DNA from: Magallana gigas
Lineage: Eukaryota
Length of the DNA: 64,000 bases
Direction of reading: 5' to 3'
Assembly (NCBI RefSeq): GCF_963853765.1
Contig: NC_088859.1
Coordinates: forward strand, 38,378,001 to 38,442,000
Shown here: in pieces, positions 44,200 to 56,557 of the stretch
Layout of the letters: each line of letters opens with the position of its first letter
Numbering within the stretch: the first letter of the stretch is position 1
Translations under genes and position numbers: made by a program
The notes under the pieces: model-generated
Told to the model about the DNA's origin: nothing
Databases searched by the model: none
The model's input: the letters and a program-made list of their open reading frames with translations, nothing else

Positions 44200-45020
44200 T
44201 TGTGCATGACATAATATCTCTTGCACAACATTAATATCTTGTGTGCAGGACATACAGTTGAACTTCGGTATCTAGAATATCAATATCATGTGGATATGTG
44301 ATTTGTAAGTCCCAATCTCATCTTTTTAAAGATACCAAGGTTTTACTGTACTATCTCATATGCACAATTTTCTCTCATTCCCACAACATACCATTATTGT
44401 CTCATTAGCACAATATATTATCTTGTGCGCACAACACATCCCATGCAAAGAGCATATCTTGTGTGCACAACTTATGATTGTGATATTATCAAATACTTTG
44501 TCAAATATCAATGAAGTATGTATATGTAGAAGGAAAGAGATCATTATGAAATACTTTTAACTGGATTTTAAAGCATATGAATTGACTTGTTTCATTCCGT
44601 GTAACATTAGGTATTTACGATACTCATTTGAAATGGAGAAAAATTCCTTATCAGAAGTCACTACAATTTCTTCTTAATTTCTTTTAACTATAACTAAGCG
44701 CAAAATGTACTTATAAACAAGGAGAAATTAAAACTTTTAAATAACTGTAATTTGGTATACCGGTACTTATAACATTTATTTTCTAAATGTCATTTGATCA
44801 TGTTTTGCACATGAGATAATATATTGTGCACACAAGATAATATGTTGTGTGTGCGAGATAATATGCTGTGTATACTACCGTAGATAATTAATAAGTCATG
44901 AACATGAGATGATGTCATGCCCATGAGATATATGTCGTATATATATAAGATAATATGTCATGTCAGCGAGATAATATGTTATGCACGCAAGATTATATGT
45001 GGTGCGCATAAGATAATTTT
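44200..45020. repeat. Two oppositely oriented clusters of short TATCTTGTGNGCACAA-like repeats
   Basis: Left copies read TATCTTGTG(C/T)GCACAA (~44200-44475); right copies read TTGTGCACACAAGATAAT / GAGATAATATG (~44800-45020). Confidence 0.5.
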
Positions 45021-45957
45021 TTCCCATATTATTTTAAATTGCAAAGTGAAAGAGACATGAACAGAATTTGCAAAGTAAAGGTCAAGATATTACCCAGAAT
45101 ACAATGTATAGGTTTTGAATGAATGCCTTTTGAATACAAGGTATAGGTTTAGAATGAATACCTTCAGTAATAATGCTTCATCTCATATCGCATACATACC
45201 AGCATGAACCTGGGAGAAGTGTTTGTGACACACATTGTAGCCATATAGTTTGGCTTTCAAAGAACAAAAATTTGCATAGTTGAAGATATTACTGAAAAAC
45301 GACAACTCATACATATGAATTAAACAAGATCTTTATCTTTTGTAAACTCCATACAAAGAAAAAACATACATAGCAAATCTTTTACTGGTTATCACAGTAA
45401 GTGATAATCAAATTACTACTTTCATTTCTATGTATTCACTAAATGTATCTGATACAAAATTAAAGCCTATTTTAAATCAAAAGCTGCAGGTATGAATCCT
45501 AACCAGACGGATATAAAAATACATAACAAATACATGTACTGTTAGTCTGTTTCACAGAATAAAAATGCAAATGGTGTAAATCTAGCGCAGGCAAACACAG
45601 CAAAACACAAAAGAAGCAGTCCAAATGTCTGGAAGATGTTACAGATTTATAACAAGGCCAAAAACAGATCATAGTGAAGAAAGAGGTAGTAGAATAAAAT
45701 TTCTTCAAATTTCCAAAATAAACCTTAAGATCACTTAAACTGAACACAAGCAGTTGCAATATATTTTGTAAGTTGCTGATCATATTAAGAAAAAAAGTAT
45801 CTTCAAGTTTCCAGCAAACGTTATGACGAATATACTTTGTATAAAATCATACTTTAAAAAACACATTCATTCCAAATAAAACTTGTAGCAAATCGATGGG
45901 AGTTAATCAGGAAAAAGTAAATATCACACATCTGCTTTTACACACACTCGACAAAGT

Positions 45958-48900
45958 CTATGCTTGGGATCTGAATGACATCCAGACACATCCTAACACA
46001 GTTCCAAACAGGGAGATTTTCCAGTATAATGAACGAGTCGCGGGAGTTGTCAGCATCAAGCACAGGCAGCCATTATAAAAGATGGCTGCTGGCACAGTCT
46101 GTGCAAGGGTGATCTGCAGATGATTCTTCTTTCCTGGAAACTTGCCAGCTTTGTCTTTGTCCAAAGAGTAGAAATGAGACAGCAATCTGATAAATTCAAT
46201 ATGACATTTATTAAAATATCGGTATGCAAGCCGATCTGCATTGTAAGAATGAAAACAAAATAATTTTTACACCCAATAATACCCCTACTGGCCTTCACAC
46301 TCACAAAGAGACCGGTATTTCCATCAATAAAGACTATTACCGCTTTTTTAGTATGTTATGTCTCTCTTTCTTTTATCTTTGGGTTACAAAACGATAAATC
46401 ACTAGCTGTATTGCCAGACTCAACCCATACCTGTCTTTCTTCTGGAATTGTTGATCTAACCAGGCCTGTAACTGGTCCCCGTCAGTGGGGACATCTGTTA
46501 TCTTTATTTTCTCTACATTCAGATGGATCTCAGGGGAATCTTGCATCAGAAATTCTGAAAACAAATCTTATAGTATGAAACAATATATTTTCTGACAATC
46601 ACACGCTATAAAAATATTATTAATGCACAATTTACTATAAAAAATTTGTTACACTTTATAACACAAAACCCAAGATTTAGAATAACACTGAAGGCCAATA
46701 TGTTTTTGAACAAATCTACAAGAAACAGCTCTATAGAGATATTAACAATCAGCTTGCTAATATTATCCTACCTGGCATCCCGGGGGACTCTGTCCTCTGT
46801 CCTGACCCCGCCGTGGTGTTACTGAAGGCAATCGTGACATCATAGATAACTGTAGCATGACCCCTCAGCTGTTCCAGACAAACATGCATTGCTCCCATCT
46901 TTGGTGGCAGGACATGCTCCATTGGAACCACACCTGCAAGGATTAATTAATGAGAAAACGAGTATAACAAACATTCACTGATGGTGTTCCTTTTGTCTGG
47001 TAGAATATGTATGCCAATCTGTCTCTGCACTTATAGAGTATATATGCCAATCTGTCTCTGTATTTACAGAGTACCGGTATGTATGCCAATCTGTCTCTGT
47101 ATTTATAGAGTATGTATGCCAATCTGTCTCTGTATTTACAGAGTATGTATGCCAATCTGTCTCTGTATTTATAGAGTATATATGCCAATCTGTCTCTGCA
47201 CTTATAGAGTATATATGCCAATCTGTCTCTGTATTTATAGAGTATATATGCCAATCTGTCTCTGTATTTATAGAGTATATATGCCAATCTGTCTCTGTAT
47301 TTATAGAGTATATATGCCAATCTGTCTCTGTATTTATAGAGTATATATGCCAATCTGTCTCTGTATTTATAGAGTATATATGCCAATCTGTCTCTGTATT
47401 TATAGAGTATATATGCCAATCTGTCTCTGTATTTATAGAATACATCAGACATGGATCTCAGCATAACTATTTATGCATCTAAAAATGCTTATAATTTTCA
47501 GTATGACTACTATCACTGATTTTTTGCTGGTTCTATAAAAATCTGATAAAAAAAAACACACCAAAAATTTATATACCGGTACTTTCCAGTATTAAATATT
47601 AAATCAAAACAGTGAAATCTATTTACAAGTAAATAGTATTAATCAAAATACAATGCTTTCATCAGTGTTAAATTCAGAGGTTGAAATTTCACACTATTTA
47701 AGAGCTAGCTGACTTAGAAAGTCATATATTTGTAAACTGTTCAACTGCAATATGGAGTCTTGATTAGAAGTTATTCTGTGCTGGCTGTCAGTATCAATTT
47801 CTTGCTCTGTGGGAGTTTGGGGAAACAAGGGCTTATAGGAAATGGAAACGGCTACATACAAATGTTGTACAGAGGATAGAAGGATTATCAATCCCTTATC
47901 GATCCTTACACTTATTTAGTGAGACCAGAACCATTATTTCTGATCATCATTGTGTACCTTTTTTTTCTGCCAGCGTTCTCGACTTCTTTATGGATTCTTT
48001 GTTCATTGGGTTAAACCTTGTTCCTTCAGGGAAAATTATCATCCATACCTTGATTCAAATTTAAAACATATTAAAACAAATGTAAATAACATCACAAAAT
48101 ATTAGAACTACCCTCATTTCAAATTATTTCCTGGTTTCTGGCTTGATAATCACACACAACTCACCGGTTCCTTTCTCTTCGCTATCCTCTTCACCTGTTT
48201 CTCCATGGATTCTTTACTAAAATTCCCTCTTCTAACAAATATACAATCATGCTGAAAATAGAAGATTTACCATGTCGGAGGACAACAAAGATACCATCAA
48301 AACTCTGTAAATGGTCTGACACTCTCGTATGTATGGAATGAAAAATTAATTTCATGTATTTCAAACACAATCACTCCAGACCTCTGTGATAAACTGGTAC
48401 ACATATTTTATTTCATGTTTATTCCCAACAAACTTACTTGCTTAAAATAAAACCCATAGAGTGGGAAATATTTCAGTCCATCTTTTATCACATATCTAAC
48501 ATGTCCAAGAGAGTTGTGTTGTAAGGCAACCATGTTGGCAACCACCCAATCCACTGAGTGAACAAGAAAAAAAAAATTAATGTACATGATGCATCTACAG
48601 TACATTACAATAGAATGATCACAATCCAAACCAAATAAAAGCTTATGATCCTCTCATATCTGGTCATTGTTGCATTTATTTAATAGAGGAAAATATTCAT
48701 TTACTAGTACAATTTAATTGAATATAATATTGAAAGTTATCCATAATTCCATATCCATATCCATAATAAAACTTTAAAGCAAATACATTACTGACATCTA
48801 TTAATTAAACAGGTTTAAAATGACATCATGTAACAAGTTACATATTCAAAGTAAAAAATATATGATGCTTTATGTGATCAAATAGTCAGTAGTACATTTA

Positions 48901-50263
48901 GAAGCTTTAGACAGACTCTGGACAATGGTTAAGAGGATGCTTTGATGAAAACTAGAAAGAGAATCTAAGTAGAAGAATGGTAGTAGAATATAAGACTTAA
49001 ATATGTTATGTGCAACATGATTTCTTACTGGTTGACTGGTGATTGCAGATGAAAACTGCATTTTCTTTGTGATCAGCTGCATCATCTGTATCACCATAAG
49101 TGTATATCTAAAGAGTAAAATTGAAAAATACTTAAATTCAATATTTAATAAAATTCTCTTAAGATGTGCATCTATTATCAAACAAAAAACCCCACAATCA
49201 ATATTTAACAATCTAAGTGAGTTAACTTAAGAGTTAAGATGTTTTAAATTTATCTTTAACTTTTCAAATTCAGAGACAATATACTAAGAGGGTTTGCAAT
49301 TTTTAAGTGCAAGTCTAGCAATATCTCAAGATGTGGGATCTCATTGGTGAATTGTAATTTCCATCACATATATTGGTACATGTAATGTCATCAATTACAT
49401 CAGAACAAAATCTTTAATATACTATCTAAAAAAATACTATCTAAAAAAAAAAAATCAACATTTTTTTGCAATATATCAGCTGTTTATTTATCTTTTTTTT
49501 CAAATTTTTTATTTATTTATTTTTTTGTTGTTGCTTTTATTGAAATCTATTAACTGTGTATAATTCAAAATTTATTTGAAACACATCCTCAGTAACAAGA
49601 GGAAAAAAAAATATTGTGTATATTAGATATATAATATAGACTCAATCAGCCACATCCCTACTGGCATTAACTAGTGAGTTAACCCTTCAGCTCAGTCGGT
49701 AAAGCATTGTTTTGAAAACTAAGGGGTTTGTAGTTGAGTCTCCTGTAGACATCCCCCTAATCTGTTAAAAAACAAAAGGCAAAGAACCCCCCCCCCCCCC
49801 CCCGAGTTAAACCTGTAAGTATATACACCTGGCCGAGTATTCAATACTGGAATATGTCTTGGAATTGAAACAAAAATTAATTATACGTTGCATGCTGATG
49901 TAATAAGCGGAATGACAATGTTGATCATTTGTAAGGTCGTGCAAAACCTACCGCTAAAATATAGACTAGCTAAAAAAAACCGTGTCATTTAAAACATTTA
50001 TTAAATTTTTTTTAAACATTTTTTCCCTTTCTGGAGAAATTAATTACCTCTGCACCAGTATAACAACGCATAAAGAACAAGACATATCTTTGGTAAGTAG
50101 AGTATAGGGAATCATCCAAAGCTCTATAAACCCTTCGGGGTAACGGCAATGTCAGCAACCGCACGGCGGTCCAAACTGTGATATGTATGGGAGCTGCACT
50201 GAGCATTGCAGCCGCGGGAAAAAGCCATCGTACAGATTGTGCATGAACCAATATTGACAACAT
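45958..50263 (-). CDS. AGPAT5: 1-acyl-sn-glycerol-3-phosphate acyltransferase epsilon (367 aa)
   Basis: 8 exons: 50263-50048, 49107-49029, 48553-48438, 48251-48165, 48048-47958, 46933-46772, 46554-46431, 46186-45958 (1104 nt). Catalytic NHQSTMD (HxxxxD), GHVRYVIKDGLK and FPEGTR motifs. N- and C-termini (MLSILVHAQSVRWL..., GTVLGCVWMS) match AGPAT5. Confidence 0.95.
47006..47440. repeat. 33-bp minisatellite (~13 copies) in AGPAT5 intron 5
   Basis: Unit GTATATATGCCAATCTGTCTCTGTATTTATAGA, nearly identical copies. Confidence 0.95.
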
Positions 50264-50551
50264 CGCATTTCCCCATCCAACTTCGAGTTTGTTTAGGGTT
50301 ATAACATGTGCTACTTCCGGTATGAAAGCGTATAGATAAGTTTAACACTGAATCATTCTTAAAATACGATATAAGGAAAGTTCTATGTTAAGATTATTTC
50401 AAATCAATTAATCAAAATTTTAAATATAGACAATCATTGCAGTTTTTTGAGAAATAGTTGCGTAAACTTATAGCCGTTCGGAATTAAAAATAGAATTAGT
50501 TGAACGTCATAATAGGATGACGTCATAGCTGTACAGATTAGAAACATAATC
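50264..50551. promoter_or_regulatory. Putative bidirectional promoter AGPAT5/EF-hand gene with full CRE palindrome
   Basis: Divergent ATGs 288 bp apart. ATGACGTCAT at 50517-50526. Confidence 0.5.
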
Positions 50552-53500
50552 ATGGCTAAGGAACAACCAGTAAGATCTAATAAAAGGAAATCCAAATCCA
50601 AAAAAGTCAGAAAAGAGAAAGTAGACGATGTCGATCCCATCGGTTTGCTTCGCAAGTTGACCAACACTGCCAAAAGCAAAACGGTTTGTTTACCCTATTA
50701 GGACTTTTATGGTTTAATCGTGTACTATCATTCCATGATTTGTTCTGTTGAATATTTTTTTGTCATATTTTTTTTTTTTTTTTAGGTTTTTGACGATCAT
50801 GAGACGTCAGGAACCCAGGTTGGTGTCTCGCGATGGTGCCTTCAGAATCAGGCACCCTCCACAATGTCCTGTTACAATGGAGGTATAATATTATAATAGA
50901 TGTGTTTTCTATCATCATTGATCCCATGCATCATGCGATAGGATTTTTCAATGTGTAGAAAATTGAAGTATTGAGTTTGCGTTAATATATATTTAAATTT
51001 ATACATAAATTATGGACACCCTTTGAAAACTTGTTCTCGTATTTTTTAATTCATGTAGACTTGCCGGAATGGTTCGAGGATCTGACCGATGATAATGTGT
51101 CCGCCTTCAAAGATGTAAGTACATTTAAACTTCTCCGTCTGGCAGAGTTGATCCCGATAGAGTTTATAGAATTAAGTTACAAAGATTCTTGTCTACATCA
51201 TTTCCACCACAAAGAAAAAATAAAATATTGGTTTCTTCTTATTATTATTATCATTAATATTTTGCTTTTTTATCGTTACTCGCTCAAGTCAAATTGGTCA
51301 GTTTGGAGAAAAAAAAAACCACGTTTTTTATTTGTGTCTTTTGGTTCAAGTTCAAGCTCAGTTTATTCTCTCATACAATACTAAAGATGGTTTATGAGGT
51401 TCAGAACAGTACACAGTGTAACAAATAATGTCCGAGGAAAATTTATTATAGTATATAATGTCATGCACAATTGCACATATATAATTATTTAACAATATAC
51501 ATGTATACAGATATGGCATGAAGGCATAATTTGTGTCTAATGATAAATACTAGACAAAATTAATTTGATTAATTTCTGAAGCAGGAAAATATATACAGCT
51601 ATATGATAACAATTAGACCAAATAAGATACCAATTTGTATTTTACAATAATCTAAATTTGTTTTTATACTGACCGCCAATTTCTGTAGTTGAAATTTTTC
51701 GGCGTTTGGTTTTGATATCAGTTTCGTCTTCAGGGCATGGATTTAAATAAACGTATATGCTTTTCTTCTAAGGAATTTCTATTTCCTGCAATAAAAACTT
51801 TAATTAGATAAAGACGAATTCCTGTTTATGGTTTCATACCTGGCAGATTACGAAAGGTCGTGACAAAATTCACACTAGCGTAAATCTATCTCACCAACAG
51901 CTTTTCTCTTTCCCTATATATTATACACTGTTAAATAACTTCCCATCTTGAGGATTTTCTGTGTCGCGCTGTTTATCAATTAATTTCCTGCCAAGTCTTT
52001 TTTATGTCTAGTTAATTAATTTTTGCGCAAAAATAATACATTAAATATAAAATAAAAACGGAAGCAGAAATCCAATACAGCGATAATAGTTAGTGTCGTT
52101 TGCTATCGATTAACGTTCTTAATAAAAAGGAATAGTTCATCAAGTGTTTACACTTGTTACTTGTATCTAAACTATAATTATGGTATTGTAACACTAATTA
52201 AAACTAAAAACACACAACTGATTGCAAGGTATTACACAATAAAAAATACAGACATCAATTGCCAAAACAAGTCATCTCGAATATCTCTCTTCTGTGTATA
52301 CATGTCTGTAGCTCCCGGTCTGAAAAAATTTGGATGGACGACCAATCCGATTTTTTTTTCAGACAGGGACCTACAGACCTACAGCTAACATATTATACCT
52401 CTATTAAAGTAAGTACCCCCCCCCCCCCCTCCCTCCCGATGCCCTCCACTTCTATGTACATGTATGTCATGACACAGAATGAAGCTCTGCCATTCAGTCA
52501 ACTGAATGTAACTAAATGTCTGGAAAGGTGACTGAATGTCATAGCTATGCCATTCAGTCACCTTTCAGTTGACTGAATGACAGAGGTTCCTCCTGTGTGA
52601 TATATACCGGTATTTCTGTCCATCTCCTGTGATATTTGTTATATACCACTGCATGTCCATCTGATGATCTCCTATGTTATTTAATATATAAACTGCCCAT
52701 CTCCTGTAATATTTTATATAACACTGTTCAACTCCTTAAGTATACGATATACAACACATATATCATGCTCCCACCCCCAGCTGTTTGACATGCTGGATGC
52801 CGCCCACACCGGCACCCTGAATGCGGACGATCTGTACGAGGGCCTGAGGCGCGTGGACAGCGAGATCACACGGGAAGAGGTGGAGGCCGCGCTCAAGAAG
52901 CTGGACAAGGACGGCAACGGCGAGATTAACTTCGATGAGTTCCTGTTCCACATGACCCAGGGGGACCTGCTGGAGGGTCTGGGAGGGGATGGTAAGTATG
53001 GATTTATGGTGCCTCAAAACGGCGATTCTGTGTAATCTCCGAGAGATATGTACAGTTTCTCAGTATGTACAAAAACCTAGCCCGATATTTATGGTGAAAA
53101 TCGGTAGAAATACAATATTGGAAGTATTGCAATAAACGTAGTATGAAAGCAATGGTTCGCGCACTGTTTTGACAGTACGTATAACAGCAAATTGATACAT
53201 CATTTAATACAGTTGAAATCAGATGTTCTCAATTTCTTAAAACCCAGAAAAGAAAAGGAAGGGGACCTTTTCCCGTCGCCAAAGATTGTTCTTCACGGCC
53301 ATTACCCAGTTCTCCTTGAAGAGAAGCCTTGGAGAGGACTTCCGGTACATCACCAAGCGTCAACCGCACGTACTGAGCCACTACACCGCGGGCCTGCGCC
53401 TCATAGGTCTGACTGACCGCCAGCTGGCGCTCCAAATGAAGAAGATGCAGGAAAAGTCCGCCAACACTGATTCACCGTATGCGAAGCCTCTGCAGTTTGT

Positions 53501-56500
53501 CTCTCCGACTTCTGGCATGAAAACCATGCACAGACCAGGCCAGGTACATATGTATATTGTTCGGAAAAGTAAAATCTTATTTCATTTTCTTTAATTTCCC
53601 ATTGCATTTTTAAATTTCTTTAATTGGCTTTTTGGAATGTTTGTTTAGAGTTATGAATTGGTTCTTTTTCAGTATCGGAACAAGGACTTCAGCAGTAAGT
53701 ACAAGCTTAATACGGCCCCTGTCTCCGCTGTCCTTCCCACAAGGTCTAAACCAGAGAACCCGCACCCCGGACCAATACACCCCGGGCCAGTGAATGCCGA
53801 TTCAGTGCGCACGGAAAAGGTACAAAATATAAAACAATCTTTATATTGATGTTAAAGCATTTTCACTATTATCAGTCACATGTCTCTATAAATTCCAACA
53901 CTCTTGTTGCATAAGGAATTTCAATTTTTCAGGAGATACCTTTAAAATCGTTCCCAACCAGAATAATGCGGGAGAGCATCGTTAATAAACTTCCTGGCGG
54001 GGATTTAATCAACAAGATCAAGAGGAGGGGGCGGGGTTAAATCATTTACATAATTTTTATCGTTGATTTGATAAATTGGAGTTCTTCTTTGCGAGAACAT
54101 TTCATGATTTTGAAGTTATTTGATAGCGTATCATTTTAATTAACCTAATACTAAATTATATTGTTTTTTAATGGAAAATATCAATGATTCCATGTTCTAT
54201 ATGTTATAGTAATAACATTTTAGAATGATATATTTTAATTGCCATTCAAAATATTTTTAATATAAATACGTTATTTCGTATGCCTTAAACTCTTTGCAGT
54301 GAATAAAGCCATTACTTCAAAGCAGTTAAATCTAGCCCTAGGAATCAGACCTTCCCCTATTGAAAATGCTAAAGTGGAAAAACAACCAAAGGGTAGGCAA
54401 ATAGATTTCTTATTTGTTTTTCTATTCTATTCTTTTTTTAACCGGGTTTTCCAACGGAAAAATCCGGTTATAAAAATGGTGAAAATGGCGGGCGGGCGGC
54501 TGCCAAAAGGGTACCCTCATTTTACGGATAACTCCTCCTACAGTTTTCAAGATGGGAAGTTGTTCTTTTGCAGATCAATTGTACATATATCAGAGGTGTG
54601 CATATTGCTAGGATTTTGATTTCCGATAATTTATAAAAAAAAAAATAGTATCTTTTGAACTTAGTCATTTTTTTGGCAAAATATTGCATATAGGGAACCC
54701 TCATTGTACGGATAACTCCTCCTACAGTTCTCAAGATAGGAAGTTGTTCTTTTACAGATCAATTGTACATATATCAGAGGTGTGCATATTGCTAGGATTT
54801 TGATTTCCGATAATTTATCAAAAAAATACCAGCTTTTGAACTTAGTCCTTTTTTGGCAAAATATTGCATATAGGGTACCCTCATTGTACGGATAACTCCT
54901 CCTACAGTTCTCAAGATAGGAAGTTGTTCTTTTGCAGATCAATTGTACATATATCAGAGGTGTGCATATTGCTAGGATTTTGATTTCTGATAATTTATCG
55001 AAAAAATACCAGCTTTTGAACTTAGTCCTTTTTTGGCAAAATATTGCATATAGGGTACCCTCATTGTACGGATAACTCCTCCTACAGTTCTCAAGATAGG
55101 AAGTTGTTCTTTTACAGATCAATTGTACATATATCAGAGGTGTGCATATTGCTAGGATTTTGATTTCCGATAATTTATCAAAAAAATACCAGCTTTTGAA
55201 CTTAGTCCTTTTTTGGCAAAATATTGCATATAGGGTACCCTCATTGTACGGATAACTCCTCCTACAGTTCTCAAGATAGGAAGTTGTTCTTTTGCAGATC
55301 AATTGTACATATATCAGAGGTGTGCATATTGCTAGGATTTTGATTTCTGATAAATTATCGAAAAAATACCAGCTTTTGAACTTAGTCATTTTTTGGCAAA
55401 ATATTGCATATAGGGTACCCTCATTATACGGATAACTCCTCCTACAGTTCTCAAGATAGGAAGTTGTTCTTTTGCAGATCAATTGTACATATATCAGAGG
55501 TGTGCATATTGCTAGGATTTTGATTTCCGATAATTGATGAAAAAAATACTAGCTTTTGAACTTAGTCATTTTTTGGCAAAATGTTGCATATACATGTAGG
55601 GTACTCCATTTCACTGGATAAGGGTTGACATGGATTATGGATACAGTTTACATAAAAGAAAACCCGGTTTGCTGTCACATTGACAGCCTTTCACTTGTTT
55701 TAATATGAATTAGGAGAAAAGAGATTTACGACAGATTAAGTTTGGCTATATTCTATTTTTTTTTTACTAAACAGGAATTTTCCACGAAAATAGATTTTTA
55801 TCTATATGGAACGTTTAGTATTCTAGACATTTTTACCTTTTAGCGAATGGAAGTAGGAAGAAGACCCATTCTCACTGTGGCTGGACCGTTCCAAAGATTG
55901 AACAAGTCTTTGTCCCTCTCCCTGTTTTGAAAATAAAGTACCCCAAAAATCGCCCCACCATTGATGATCTTCCCAACATAAGAGAACAGGTCAGCCATAC
56001 TTACTGTTTTCCTCGACAGCAAGATATCCCCTATTACTTTATACTTTATAGAATATTTCTTATCAAGTCATTAATTGCATAGTCATCTGTCATGTATGCT
56101 AATCAGGAATTCTCGTGTACAAAGATTCAATTGGTATCATGTGATGTCAGTATTTATATGTGTTAATTAATCTAATAAATTTCAGATTAAAAAGAAACTG
56201 TATTTTTTTTCATTCATATAGGCCCGAAAAGCAATGGGTGAGTTCTATCACAACATACAAAAGGCATGCGTTGTGCATTCCCTGGAACACTGGGAAAAGC
56301 TTTACGCTGATACCATCCGTCCCAAAAAAATGCTTGAGAATTTCCGCACCGTGTATCGAGCCTACTCTCCCCACAAAGAAGAGGAAGCATTCGTGGTGTG
56401 TCCTTGGATGCCGGGCCCGTGTGTGTACAACAGGCGCAGGATCCTTCCCATGAATCACCAGACAATATGGTCTCCCAGATCGTGCGGCAGTCCAAACTTG

Positions 56501-56557
56501 GTTCGAAACCTTTCCACACCGGATGCTGAACTACGGTGTGCATCCAGTCTGAATTAA
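50552..56557 (+). CDS. EF-hand calcium-binding protein, EFCAB3/SPATA21-like (~507 aa)
   Basis: Exons 50552-50683, 50786-50882, 51059-51114, 52781-52991, 53248-53543, 53673-53819, 53933-54035, 55844-55989, 56222-56557 (1524 nt, phase-consistent). EF-hand pair (FDMLDAAHTGTLNADDL; LDKDGNGEINFDEF). Segments 'GLRLIGLTDRQL...TDSPYAKP' and 'HWEKLYADTI...NFRTVYRAY' resemble recalled EFCAB3 segments. The 5' exons and the exon-7 donor are less certain. Confidence 0.7.
52486..52587. repeat. Nested inverted repeat (palindromic MITE-like) in EF-hand gene intron 3
   Basis: Inner GAAAGGTGACTGAATG-TCATAGCTATGC-CATTCAGTCACCTTTC; outer CTCTGCCATTCAGTCAACTGAA / TTCAGTTGACTGAATGACAGAG. Confidence 0.7.
54433..55701 (+). 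mobile_element. Second non-autonomous Helentron/HINE-type element with ~6 copies of a 180-bp tandem repeat, in EF-hand gene intron 7
   Basis: 5' AACCGGGTTTTCC-AAC-GGAAAAATCCGGTT hairpin, short GGCG repeat, and a 180-bp periodic array at ~54509-55600. The 3' end has subTIR AAAACCCGGTT (55659-55669), palindrome GCTGTCA-CAT-TGACAGC (55671-55687) and a T-rich end. Confidence 0.8.

Noticed and set aside
46943-47466. Three long ORFs (173, 156, 161 aa) with 11-aa repeats
   Set aside because: These are translations of the 33-bp minisatellite in AGPAT5 intron 5; a stop-free unit divisible by 3 gives open frames automatically.
54661-55482. 273-aa ORF with 60-aa repeats
   Set aside because: Translation of the 180-bp tandem array inside a Helentron-type element; no protein-like features.
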